Program-made: the position numbers and the translations under genes
Shown here: piece after piece, positions 1 to 12,223 of the stretch
Layout of the letters: the number at the start of each line of letters is the position of its first letter
Numbering within the stretch: the first letter of the stretch is position 1
Origin: Octopus vulgaris
Taxonomy: Eukaryota
Direction of reading: 5' to 3'
NCBI GenBank assembly: GCA_951406725.2
Contig: OX597818.1
Coordinates: 65,472,001-65,536,000, forward strand
Length of the DNA: 64,000 bases
Notes under the pieces: model-generated
The model's database searches: none
Told to the model about the DNA's origin: nothing
What the model saw: only the letters and a program-made list of their open reading frames with translations

Positions 1-65
<65 letters not shown>

Positions 66-160
66 TACATATATGTATATATACACATATATCTCTCTCT
101 CTATATATATATACATATATACATATACATACACACAAATATACATATATACACATACAT

Positions 161-427
161 GGGCCCGGTTTCCCGTTTTCTATGGCGTATGTGTTCTCCC
201 ACCGCAGCTAGACTGGACGCAATTCCATCGCAGTGTTACTCAAGCAACAGGAAGAAAGTGTGAGAGAAAGTTGGGGTGAAAGACTACAACACGGGTCGTC
301 ACGCCACGCGCCGGGGCCTCGTGGAGCTTTAGTTGTTTTCACTCAATAAATACAAACAGCCCGGTCTACGACTCGAAACCGCCATCCTCCGACCGCGAGT
401 CCGCTGCGCTAACCACTGAGTCATTGC

Positions 428-428
<1 letters not shown>
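161..428 (-). mobile_element. tRNA-derived SINE, family A, tail type 1 (V-domain-like tail)
   Basis: The reverse complement begins CGCAATGACTCAGTGGTTAGCGCAGCGGACTCGCGGTCGGAGGATGGCGGTTTCGAGTC (A box, B box). Head and centre match 2128-2300. The element lies between (TA)n tracts. Confidence 0.8.
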
Positions 429-475
<47 letters not shown>

Positions 476-1142
476 TTCGAATGTATTAACCATGCAATTA
501 TAAATACGAGTATTCTATATTTGTAGTAGATATATATTTTAACTCCATGCTACTCTTCCATATTTTTACACTTAAAAATGTAATCTTAATTCAAGTAGAA
601 TGCTATATATTACACACGATTACAGTCACACACTCACACACACTCACACTCGAATATATCCATATGTGTATACATACAATTATTCATAATGCAAATATAT
701 AATTATATAAAATTCATGGTCACGAGTGCTGAGACGTGTGTATTTGTCATTATATGTGTATATTTCAAGTTTTCTTCGTGCATGCTCGTACGGACGATAT
801 GTCATATTTAGAAGAACATCTTACTTGCAGAGCTGCTGAAATTGTTCCATATTTATTCATTCATTTTAAAAGTTAAGTGTTGTGAGAAACGAGATGCAAC
901 GTTCAATTATCTGAGTTTAATTGAATAAAATATTGGTGCAGAAATCTTCGATATATTCTATAATGTATTTAGATGGTCGTTCGAGAAAGGCTGCAGCAAA
1001 TAACACGTGATAAACTTCGAAAATACAGCAAAGAAAGTGTGAAAAATATCAACAACACTTCTGTAAAAATGTACGCGAAATATATTCTATAATGATTGAG
1101 ATATGGATAGAGTACGAAACTTCCTATTAGATAGGTGCAGGT

Positions 1143-1262
1143 GAGGCGGTGGCGTAAGAAGCTTCGCTTCCCAACCTGGTTCAGTCCTACTCAGTGATAT
1201 CTTGGGTAAATTGCCTCTACTGTAAGCAGGAGTCGACCAAATCCTTGTAAAGGAAACTGAGA
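1143..1262 (+). mobile_element. degraded 5' fragment of SINE family B
   Basis: GTAAGAAGCTTCGCTTCCCAACC..GGTTCAGTCC..CTTGGGTAAATTGCCTCTACT matches the head of 52424-52775. Confidence 0.65.
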
Positions 1263-1292
1263 AAAGCACGACGTTTATACATTTATACATAC

Positions 1293-1335
<43 letters not shown>

Positions 1336-1339
1336 TACA

Positions 1340-1558
1340 GGAAAGAATCGCCATGTTGAATCGCTAGCTTCTGCACGCATTTTCTCTCTCCTTGTTTCTC
1401 TCCGTGTTTCTTTTCTGTGTATCTTTCTGTTGAAGAGCGTAGGCTCGAAACGTAAAAGACTTGTTTTATTTATATTCCTGAGCGCCATACTAATACAATT
1501 GTTTGTTTTTACTCCACCTGCCTTCGTCTTTTGTTAATTTTCATAAAGCTTCCCGTTA
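1340..1558 (+). mobile_element. Penelope-type terminal (pLTR-like) repeat with variant hammerhead motif, in (TA)n
   Basis: TCTTTCTGTTGAAGAGCGTAGGCTCGAAACGTAAAAGA at 1422-1459. Homologous copies occur at 13105-13272 (+) and 57405-57530 (-). Confidence 0.6.
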
Positions 1559-1580
1559 TATATATATAGAAAAGCACGAC

Positions 1581-1649
<69 letters not shown>

Positions 1650-1724
1650 CATACATACTTACATATATATAAATATATATTTATACATACATGTAAATGT
1701 ATATGTATATGTGTGTGTATATAA

Positions 1725-1760
1725 ACTAGCAGGGATTCCCGTCATTACTCGGGATTGAAA
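1725..1760 (+). mobile_element. possible Helitron/HINE-like terminus
   Basis: AACTAGCAGGGATTCCCGTCATTACTCGGG: ACTAG followed by a small CCCG/CGGG hairpin. Confidence 0.3.
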
Positions 1761-1949
1761 TGACATATCCATATATATGTATTACACTTATATTGAAACG
1801 AGCTATGGAACGTGCAACGTTGACGACAACACATTTATCTAGTAAATGACGTGCTAATTCGTCTAAGTGACATGTCATGCGTTCGTTTGGAGGAATCCAG
1901 GCCCGGACAGGTTAATGTAAGTTTAGGTGTGGGGTGTATGAGATTTTTG

Positions 1950-2120
1950 AACTCATTGAAAAGTTGTCAGTGGATGTATTCTTGTTTGCGGTGGACGGCG
2001 CTGTGTCTAACCAGAACAATTGTATGGCTGGCAGTCGAATGAATGTAGGTGTGATGGAATTATATTGCACGTAAATTGGTACACTCCAGATTTAGGCTGC
2101 AATGGGAGACGGCAACGAAG
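1950..2120 (-). pseudogene. possible degenerate GIY-YIG endonuclease fragment (Penelope-like)
   Basis: The minus strand reads KSGVYQFTCN, then (frameshifted) HTYIHSTA, resembling the GVY..xC..YIG.T motif. Confidence 0.35.
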
Positions 2121-2127
2121 AAGTGGT

Positions 2128-2423
2128 GGCGCAATGGCCCAGTGGTTAGGGCAGCGGACTCTCGATCAGAAGATCGCAGTTTCGATTCCCAGGCCGGCCT
2201 TTTTGAGTGTTTATTGAGCGAAAACACCTAAAAGCTCCACGAGGCTCCGACAGGAAGTGGTGATCCCTGCTGTACTCTTTCACCACTCTTTCTCCCACTC
2301 TTTCTTCTGTTGGCATGCTCGCTTAGCCAGCGGGGTGGCGTCATTAAAAGCCTAAAAAACAATGCGCACGCATTGTGACCAGCGATGTGTAACAACATCT
2401 GATAGTCCGGTCGGTCACGTGAT
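2128..2423 (+). mobile_element. tRNA-derived SINE, family A, tail type 2
   Basis: A box TGGCCCAGTGG (2135-2145) and B box GTTTCGATTCC (2179-2189). Central AAAGCTCCACGAGGC is shared with 161-428. Ends in (TA)n. Confidence 0.85.
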
Positions 2424-2478
2424 ATATATATATGTATGTATATATACATGGGTAAATATATATATATATGTATGTATG

Positions 2479-2532
<54 letters not shown>

Positions 2533-4356
2533 AGTATGTGTATATATATGTATGTATATGTATGTGAGGTATGTGTGTGCATACATAACTCTGAAAACTC
2601 GTAAAAGTGATGGTCCAGCAAGGCTGCAGACCAACGCTTCAACCATTTAAAAGATATGACGTTTAAAATATATGATTAGTTTTGAAGTATTTAATTAAAC
2701 AATGTAAAACCATGCATTAGTAATCTAAATTTGCACCATCTTTGATTACCACAATAAGCTGAATGTATCGATATATCTTTAGTATAATGATTGAAGAAGT
2801 GCGGAACCCTGACCTGTTTTTTCCCCACGTTAATAAATGCCATATTCCTTTGAAGCAATTATAGATGACTATTAAAAAAAGTATTAAACTATAAAATTTA
2901 TTTGTATATTAAACATCAATTATAATGCTTGAAATTACATGAATCGCTTCTGTTTTAAATGTTAACCCCCTTTTGTATCCCATATGTAAATAAATAGCTT
3001 TTCATCGCGATCGTAAAAACATGTAATAAAGCGAAAAAACAACAAATGTGTAAATTATTTTTAACTGTATTTCATAGTGCCAAAACAACAATCCCTATCT
3101 ATAGAATTAACTTTTCAAATTGTTTTAGCCTGCAGTCTTGCCGGGGTACCATCTTCAAATTATTTCTGAATATTATCTTCTCCCGACACAATTCTTCGCA
3201 CATCATCAGATATTATCAAGAGTGTCAAGAAGAGAAAATACAAAAATATTAACCCAGATAAATGAAAAGGTTCCATTCACTGACAATTGTGTCTACAGAG
3301 AAATTCTACAGTGATATGCGACATTCATTACTCTCTCTTTTAATTGAAATGTATTTAAGTTTCTTTTTAATTGCCAGGAAAGGAACGCTAGAAACACTTT
3401 AGACGGCTATAAGTGAATATGATGAAATAACAATATGGGGAAACTCAGCTCTTCATATTGGTAAATGTAATTCCTTAATTCCCAGCAGAGAATCTATGTT
3501 CCAATTCACTCAAATGAAAATACATTTTCCCTTGACATTCTCAACACTTTCCCAATTATCGTGTTATTTAAATGTATCATGGATAATTTTACTGATTACA
3601 GAATAAACTATGCATATGCATAGTGTCAATTTGCACCATAATTTATGTATCATATCTACATGTATATATAATATCAATGTGCGCAACACAGCAGGCAGCA
3701 GAAAACCGCCAGGAGGGTTGTTTTTCTACTATTCATTTCTAATGTTTCAACTTTTGTAGAGAAAAATAGCAAAAGGTAAAATCTGTAATTATTTAAAATT
3801 CTTATGGTTTGAAAGACTTGAGCCAAATGCTAACTGTTATCTAATGATGCTGTGAGAATTCTTAATTATTATATATTCTACAGCGGGAAATACCAGATTA
3901 TTAAAGAAAAAATCAAAATGTTAGCGAGGTTCTTTCATCTAAACACCATAAAATATTGTACCTGGATATCATTCCTAGAACTGTTGATTACAATCGGAGC
4001 TTACGTACTTACAAATGACGATACAAATAGCTTACACACTTTATAAATTGACAAACTTTCAGGAATAGAAGCACATAAATTAACGAATCAAACAAAAATG
4101 ACAAAATTAAAGGGAAAAATCTAATATGGGATACATTAAAGGATATTTCTAGCGACCTAACTTCACTATCCTCACTGCATTTACACCGTACATGAGAAAG
4201 TGGAAAGCAATTGAGATATCCATAACATATGAAAAATATATTTGAGTTTTCTCAACATATGAAAATATTTGAAACTCTTTCATACATGTATTGTGACCTT
4301 TGTATATATATATATATATATATATATAACATATATGTATACATGTATGTAATATG

Positions 4357-4430
<74 letters not shown>

Positions 4431-4438
<8 letters not shown>

Positions 4439-4617
4439 ATAGAAGGAGCTTCTACAGGACTAAAACTGTTTCATTCAAAAGAAATCATCCTGGATGATTT
4501 CTTTTGAATGAAACAGTTCTAGTCCTGTAGAAGCTCCTTCTATAAAATAAATTAATTTACTCTGCTATGTATTGAGTACCTTATTTACTGTGGTTAACCC
4601 CGACTCAACCCGGGACC

Positions 4618-4620
<3 letters not shown>
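4431..4620. repeat. fold-back element (~55-bp arms, 4435-4548) plus unique tail, in (TA)n
   Basis: TTTTATAGAAGGAGCTTCTACAGGACTAAAACTGTTTCATTCAAAAGAAATCATCC is directly followed by its near-perfect reverse complement. Confidence 0.85.
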
Positions 4621-4665
<45 letters not shown>

Positions 4666-4670
<5 letters not shown>

Positions 4671-4770
4671 GAATGGAGTTGAACGACTAGTTAACAAATA
4701 TCGTTTATTCTCGACATATGTTTCGGTTATCTTTCGAATTATCCTTAATAAGATAATTCGTTCAACTACT

Positions 4771-4772
<2 letters not shown>
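4666..4772 (-). mobile_element. pLTR-like remnant with hammerhead 3' half, in (TA)n
   Basis: The minus strand has CCGAAACATATGTC (GAAA, palindromic helix III, UC) followed by AATAAA. Confidence 0.4.
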
Positions 4773-4813
<41 letters not shown>

Positions 4814-4856
4814 CTATATACACACACACGCATACATGCGCACACATACACACTCG

Positions 4857-4891
<35 letters not shown>

Positions 4892-5662
4892 TTATACTTT
4901 CTTATTTTGAAGGATTCCCCGGCACATGAAACCATTGGTAGCCTTGTTAACCTAGGAAGAAAAAAATATTTTTCCAGCAATATATTGATTGATTGATTTA
5001 TTGAGATGTACGTGACGACCATTCATAAAAAGCATAGCAATGTGGATATGTGCATATATATTTTGCTATAATGAGTAAGTTCAATGAGTCTGAGAGACCG
5101 GTTTCAGAGTTTGTTGTTCTTCCTTCTGCCACCTCTATTTCATATTTCCCATACTTTGTTTATACCAGAAATTGGTTTTGTAGAAATGTTTCTTTAATCA
5201 TCGACTTTTATCTTCCAAATTACTTAATTAAATCATAAAAAGGTCTGCCACAGCTGTCTCTGTGTGATGTATCACATATAGCAGATAGAATGAACGTATC
5301 GAAAAAACAGAACAACCTAAAAGTTATATGGAAAGTATAAGATTTCATCTAATTTCCATTTTCTGCGTATGATATTCTGAACTACCTCATGCAATTACAG
5401 AAAATATTCATTAGATTAGAGACCTCAACCTATATCAGATGCGTCTGTGTGAATTAAATATCTGCGCAAAAATAACTGCGGCTATGTTATTCCCCTGATA
5501 CTGTGAAGCATGAAGTAGAATCCATGTTGAAGAAACATCTATGCTATAAATTGTGAGTGTAGGAAATTCACAATATCTTGCACTGCAGTGAATAATTGAG
5601 TATCTCTCATTATCTTATATACTATATGCAGTATACTAGAGGTAGTTGAGGAAAAAATATTA

Positions 5663-5830
5663 GGCGTAGGCGTGGGTGTGTGTGTGTGGTAAGAAACTTG
5701 CGTATCTACCACGTTGTACCGGGTTCGTGCTACAGCGTGACACTTCTGAGTGGACTTCGGAGATGGAAACCGAAAGATGCCCATTGCCTCTCTCTCTGTG
5801 TGTGTGTGTGTGTGTGAATGTAACCAGGCA
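5663..5830 (+). mobile_element. SINE family B, 5' part
   Basis: GGCGTAGGCGTGG..GTGGTAAGAAACTTGC..CCGGGTTCG..GAGTGGACTTCGGAGATGGAAACCGAAAGA followed by (TG)n. Confidence 0.7.
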
Positions 5831-6041
5831 AATAACAAATCCGGGAAGAAAAGATGCACGTAGATAAAACAACAACAACGACGACTACGACGACTACAAC
5901 GACAACAACAACAACAATAATAATAATAATAATAATGATGATGATGATGATGATAAACAAGTAGTAGGGGCTCACGTGACTTCTGATCTTAACTAACTGG
6001 AAGTGTTGTCATGTACATTGCTTTGTGTTGGTATAAAAGAC

Positions 6042-6390
6042 GTGCAAAAGGAAGAGCTGCGGACGAATAGGTCTCGCAGGTTGTGGGCTCGTTTGAAGGA
6101 GGGGAGGGTCAGTTAGGGAAGATGTGCGAAGTGTAGGGGTCGGTCTGGAGTCGCCGGAAGGCTCGGAGAATGGTGCATTGGAGAGATGGGTTGGTGGGGT
6201 GGTAGGTGAGGGGAAACGGGAGACGGAAACGGCGGGGCGGGTGCGAGGGGAGAGGGCAGATGCATGATCTAGCAAGGGAGGTGTGGATATAGGTGAGGGG
6301 AATTCCATGTAGGATGAGGCTCAGTCTGAAAGTCATGGTCTTCACTGCAGAGACTGCGTAGACGGAGGAGTTGGGAATAGGGGATGGAAA
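6042..6390 (-). pseudogene. Penelope-like (Neptune-type) RT thumb/linker fragment
   Basis: The minus strand translates IPYSQLLRLRSLCSEDHDF, FPLTYHPTN..LQ.TILRAFRRLQTDP..SHIFP and SFKRAHNLRDLFVRS. Confidence 0.8.
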
Positions 6391-6399
6391 GCTTGGTTT

Positions 6400-7165
6400 G
6401 AAAATCCTTTTAAATTATTAGAACAATTCCAACAAAAAGCCTTCATCGCATTTTAAACATTAAATGGAGCTCTTTCACTCCAAACACAGATGTTCTTTCA
6501 TCTGAAGGCATCAGCTCAGTTAAATATATGGTTTTGAGAAACCAAAGGAGAGGGTGTGGTCATATTGTTCGAATGGCGGATGAACGTATGTCCTAACAGC
6601 TGTTTTAGGGTGCGGATGCAGACGGGAAACGCTATCGGCGTAAACCTCAAATAAACATTAAAGGACGGCATAAAGACTACGATGAAGTCACTTGGAATGG
6701 ATCCAGAGGATATGGAATAACTTTCAAAAGAATGGAATAGTGTGAAAGCGCTTGAAGGGGCCTTGATAATGCATACATGACTCAAAAAGAGATTTAAGGA
6801 AGAATTTTACGATCGAGAAGGTGAATGACAATAATATTTTTGTGTGCACAGTTTGAGACAGACCAAGCGTTTCTTTTGCTGGGCTCAAATCTCATTTCAG
6901 AATCCCTGGAAAACGAACCTCCACCAACGATTCTGCCTATATGTCTGTGCACACCTGTGAATGAAATGTATCCCAGAAGACTTGCAAATCTAAGCCTGGC
7001 CTCAAAAGTATTTTTAAATCAACATAGATTATTAATTATTTGCAGCACTTGGTGCTTCAAATCGGAAGTACAATCCATGTGAGTGGTTTTGAGAAAGTTG
7101 TCTAGTTTAAAATGCCACAACAGATGCCATGATGGATCTAAGGGACTCAAACGCTGTATAAGGAG
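6400..7165 (+). pseudogene. RTE-clade LINE 3' fragment
   Basis: Degenerate translation RILNIKWSSFTPNTDVL..CGHIVRMADERM..QLF..GKR..KDGIKTTMKSLGM, followed by remnants of Cys/His finger-like motifs (GLKSH). Confidence 0.75.
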
Positions 7166-7170
7166 TGGAA

Positions 7171-7223
<53 letters not shown>

Positions 7224-7836
7224 TAAGAAAAGAGAGTTTGAAAATGAAGAGGCCTTTAAAGACATTCATTGATTTGATTTTTTTCCCTTTTTTAAAAAAC
7301 AAAGATTATCAAAAACAAAATGTATAGCTTTGTTTTGTTAAAAAAAATGGTTACCATAATTGTATTAAAGTACAGTTATACATTTTTTGATAACGATAAG
7401 AAAACACGCACATACACACAGACCCATACACACACCACATATATGGATGCAGGGGTGAATATATATATGCGTATATATATGCGCGTGTGCCTTGTATATA
7501 TACACATTTTCTATATTTCATTACACCATATAAATGTACTTTTCGACCCTACCTAATTCATATTGATATTCCCTCTAATATCTCTATTTACTTTATTCAT
7601 CTATCACTATAATTACATTTCTCTGCAACCAACCTGTAAATTCGTCGCCTGCACACTTCAAAATACAGATCATCAACAGTATCATTCAGTCTGCTATGAT
7701 AAATTCATAAACACTTATTGGTATATTATTCGTTCCTTCCCAAAGTATAATGGAAGCAGCTGTAAGGGATAATGTTCGATTTGTTGTGATAATAAACTCT
7801 TACTAACTTCACAATCTCCATCTTGTTGTTGTTGCT

Positions 7837-7943
7837 CTTCTTCTTCTTCTTCTTCTTCTTCTTCTTCTTCTTCTTCTTCTTCTTCTTCTTCTTCTTCTTC
7901 TTCTTCTTCTTCTTCTTCTTCTTCTTCTTCTTCTTCTTCTTCT
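7837..7943. repeat. (TTC)n/(GAA)n microsatellite
   Basis: About 35 perfect units. Confidence 0.95.
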
Positions 7944-8086
7944 TGTTTTATATGAGTATAAAATACAGGCTTTATATAAGTACCTATTTTCTTAAGGAAA
8001 TGAATTATTCCCCAAAACATTATGTACTGAAGTAGTATATCTTTGGATGACACCATCCCTGCATGAGGCTAACATAGCATCTAATC

Positions 8087-8159
<73 letters not shown>

Positions 8160-8165
<6 letters not shown>

Positions 8166-8584
8166 AGAAAATGGAAAAATATATCTAAATCAATCATCAA
8201 CTATCAGATAATACCCAATCAATACTTTATTAAACCACTACATAATAACAATGATATTATACATTAATATAGTACAAATATAACAAATGTATTTCTATGT
8301 CTTGTTATATTTGTACTATATTAATGTATAATATCATTGCTATTATGTAGTGGTTTAATAAAGTATTGATTGGGTATTATCTGATAGTTGATGATTGATT
8401 TAGATATATTTCTCCATTTTCTCATTTTGTATTATTAATTTACGGTAAAAATAATTTTACCTTTGCCCACATAATACAGTAGATGAATTAATTGCATCGC
8501 AATTTTTAACATTTACGTATTAACTTTGTTGGGTACTTCTCTAGCAGTATATTAGATATATGTTATCCCATGGAGGGTTGAATT

Positions 8585-8588
<4 letters not shown>
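8160..8588. repeat. fold-back element (~125-bp arms, 8160-8429) plus unique tail, in (TA)n
   Basis: AAATGAGAAAATGG...GTACAAATATAACAA, a short spacer, then TTGTTATATTTGTAC...CCATTTTCTCATTT. (TA)n on both sides. Confidence 0.85.
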
Positions 8589-8661
<73 letters not shown>

Positions 8662-8734
8662 ATAATAATCATAATAATAATATAATAATAATATATTGCA
8701 ATAATAATTATATATATATATATATATATATATT

Positions 8735-9145
8735 ATATTAATTATATTTATGTCTATCATTCTTTGAGTTGCTTAATAGTGGTTCTATCTCTAGTCCATA
8801 TTATATATATATATTCATACATATATATATATATGTATGAATATATATATCTATTTATATTTGTATGTATGTATATATGGACAATATATATATATAACCT
8901 AAAATTGAATAGAAGATCTGAATACCACCTGATGAATGTCCTTAGAAGAGACACGAAACAATTGTAGTGGCGAATTTAATTTTATCTAATTTATATAAAT
9001 TTTTTTTATGTATTGGATTATGTCTTTCTTTGTTTGATTTGCATAATAGTGGTTTTGTCTCAAATTAATATTATATAATATTTTACTATAAAATTGGATT
9101 CAGTCCTAAATCTGATTTTTCCCTGTAAATTTAGATTTATTCCCA

Positions 9146-9152
<7 letters not shown>
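8735..9152 (+). mobile_element. Penelope-type pLTR remnant in (TA)n
   Basis: Contains the hammerhead at 8925-8970. The segment TAATAGTGGTT(T/C)T(G/A)TCTC appears twice. A homologue occurs at 32315-32490. Confidence 0.65.
8925..8970 (+). ncRNA. minimal type I hammerhead ribozyme
   Basis: CCAC-CTGATGA-A-TGTC(cttagaaga)GACA-C-GAAA-CAATTG-TA-GTGG: helix I CCAC/GTGG, intact core, helix II, palindromic helix III. Confidence 0.75.
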
Positions 9153-9180
<28 letters not shown>

Positions 9181-9184
<4 letters not shown>

Positions 9185-9376
9185 TTGATCTTCCTGCTTT
9201 CAAACCGATCTTAGCTCTTTGTTTCTCTGTCTTATACTGCCAAGTGATGAACTTGTCTACAACGAGAAAATTTCGGCATCACAAAATATAGTGTATGGCG
9301 TTCTTACGGGTTCAAATATGCTTCAAGCACGTTTGAACTGTGATGAACTTGTAATAAGCATATACGCGCACACACG

Positions 9377-9407
<31 letters not shown>

Positions 9408-10678
9408 TCTCTCTCTCTCTCTCACACACACACACAAACACTTATATACATGCATGCATACATACATACATTAATATATACTGGGCCACCCCATAAATAA
9501 TGCGTATTGTTTTTTCAATTACGCCAACTAAATGTCAGAGGAGGTCAGGATTAACTTCCTGCATCAACTTGCCAGAAAAACAGGTAGTAATTTTACATTC
9601 TACTTATTCTGAGTGCAAGATTTAAAGAATGCAGTTTAATTTTAACACTTTTTTTCAAAGCTCTAATGGAAGTGGAAAAGGAGCATAGTCGGCATATTTT
9701 GATTTATGAATTCAATGAAGGCAACAATAGAATGGAACCTCCGATGAAAGTACTAAATATAATTGATAATATTTCAGGTCTTTCGCAATGACTTTGACCA
9801 TTCTGCAGAGAACTGTGCAGTAATTTTCTGAAAACGGAATGCGATGGGCCGAGTTGGTAGTGTATTGGCTCCTACATCTAGCAATCTACATACTGTATAT
9901 TTCATCGTATCACTCATTTTACCTCTAATGTATAAATCCAGTGTATAAAATCAACGTCTTCTCTAATTTTATACATTAGATTTATACCTTTGAAGTCGCC
10001 GCCGGAGCTCTGTTTTCACTCTGTCTATTTGTCGCTTTAAATCTCTCACAATCTTGCTCTTCTCACTCACTGGCCGTATATTTTTTTCCTTTCTCATTGA
10101 CTCTGCCTCTGTTACTCTCTATAGAAAATATACGTGAGACAGATGTGAAAGACATAGAAAACACATACACACACACGCAAGCACGCACACACACAGCTTG
10201 ATCTGAACGGTGCTCGAATATATTCACAAGGCACATGTTGGCATCTATCGTAATCTCCGTTTGCCTTACTCTAAAGCTTGTTAAAAGGTATCTCAGTATT
10301 GCATTAAGTAATTTAAAGGGCGTTTCATTAAGGAAAAGTGAGACGCCGGATCTCTACTTTCTCTCTGTCCCTCTCAATGTCTTTATCTCTCTCATCGGTA
10401 TGTCTCTATGTTTGTGTCTCTCTCAGTATCATCCCTCTCCTCCCCCTCTCTCTGGTTGTATAAGTATCTCTCTCTCTCACTCTCTGTCCCTCTCTCTTTC
10501 ACTACGTATACCTCTTTTTTCTCTCTTGAGAAATAATACGTCAGTCACGTAGGAATAGGGTTGGGAAAAACAGAAACAACTGCGACAGAACGGTGAAGAG
10601 AAAGAAGGCAGATATGGTGATGTGCCCTATAAACACATGCGTAACGCTCAGATCGGTTTGAAAGCAGGACGATCAACT

Positions 10679-10680
<2 letters not shown>
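9181..10680. mobile_element. 1.5-kb non-autonomous DNA transposon with ~35-bp TIRs, TA-flanked
   Basis: 9181-9215 TCAGTTGATCTTCCTGCTTTCAAACCGATCTTAGC is the reverse complement (3 mismatches) of 10646-10680. Both ends abut (TA)n. Confidence 0.75.
9478..9740 (+). mobile_element. mariner 5' fragment (TIR plus transposase N-terminus), nested
   Basis: TA-CTGGGCCACCCCATAAATAATGCG TIR-like start. ATG at 9666 gives MEVEKEHSRHILIYEFNEGNN, a typical mariner HTH start. Confidence 0.7.
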
Positions 10681-10729
<49 letters not shown>

Positions 10730-10744
10730 ATATAAACATATCTT

Positions 10745-10849
<105 letters not shown>

Positions 10850-11898
10850 ATTTATAATAACATATTATACACACACATACGCATATATATAAACATATAT
10901 ATATAAGCTTATATATTGTGTAAACATATATATACATATATGTACGCATGTATATATATACTTTTATATATATATATGTGTGTGTCTGTTTGTCTATGTG
11001 TGTGTGTAAGTAAATGGTTATATGCATTTATGTTCACTAGATTGTATGTAAATGTGTCTTTAATTAGTTTCCTACTATGAATGAGCACAATAATTTGTAG
11101 GTGTTAAAGTAATAATTTGTTTTATTTCGCAAATTAGAATATTACTGTCTAGAGTGTAGAACAGTCATAATCGAAGAAGAAGAAAAAAGAGGAAGTTGGA
11201 TGTCAATTATTGAATCTTTTGAGCATAATTAAAGATACATCTGAACGTATTGTTGCGGTATTAGAATTTACAAACAATGAAATGTCACTATACCAGCATT
11301 AGACGTTGTATTGCTTTCGTATTTAATTTACACTAGTTCAAACGGAACTGTTTGCAAGAAATCTCTAAGTGTGTATGCATATAAATTATATCAATGTTTA
11401 CACTTATATATGTGTCTGTATTCATATATATACACAGACGTTGGCGTATAATTGAAGACGTACTGAGAGTAAGAATTAGAGATATAATTAAATTTAGAAA
11501 AGTTGATGTGCATAAAAAAAAATTACATGATGAATATTGAACGAAAAGAAGATTAGACACGATGTAATAAGGTGGTTCTATGGAGGAAGAACAACAAAGT
11601 AAAGAAATAAATGTAGGGAACGGTGCTATGAAAATGTTGCAAATATTTAGGAAATCTTAACAAAAAAATCATCTAGAATGTAGTGGAAAAGAATTGCCGT
11701 ATATATAAACAAACGTTAGAAATAAGGTGTTGGGAACTGAAAAGAATTATATGAGCCATAAAAAACCAAAGAACAAAAAGGGTCGTCTACCATTATATTG
11801 CTTGCGTCGACGTATACTGATGTTTCATATACTATTTAGTGTATAAGAAAACAAGTACACATTGATTGTGTTCTGTTTTATATATTGAGCATTATTTA

Positions 11899-11994
11899 CA
11901 TATGGCGTAGTGGTAAAGAGCGCAGGCTGCGAACACCAAGATTCAGAGTTCGACTCCAGGTAGTGACCTGAATAATAATAATAATAATAATAAT

Positions 11995-12029
<35 letters not shown>

Positions 12030-12033
12030 TAAC

Positions 12034-12071
<38 letters not shown>

Positions 12072-12223
12072 CAACAATAATAATAACAACAACAACAGAA
12101 CATACCTTAGGAATGAGAACCCAGGTTCGAAATTTCCCCAATACACCTAATGAAGGCTGGAGGGTATATCAGCCGAAACGTTGTATTAACAACAAACAAG
12201 ATGAGGACAAATATCCGTCAAAT
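11899..12223 (+). mobile_element. tRNA-headed SINE-like element with internal (AAT)n and 3' hammerhead-like motif
   Basis: A box TGGCGTAGTGG (11903-11913), B box GAGTTCGACTCC (11946-11957), (AAT/AAC)n at 11971-12097, and ACAC-CTAATGA-A-GGCTG..CAGCC-GAAACGTT-GTATT (12143-12187). Confidence 0.75.

Noticed and set aside
7715-8056. Poly-Glu protein ORF
   Set aside because: It is a (GAA)n microsatellite with non-coding-like flanks.
11899-11965. Functional nuclear tRNA gene (also 2128-2200)
   Set aside because: No complete acceptor stem or T-run terminator, and the sequence continues into a repeat body, so these are SINE heads.
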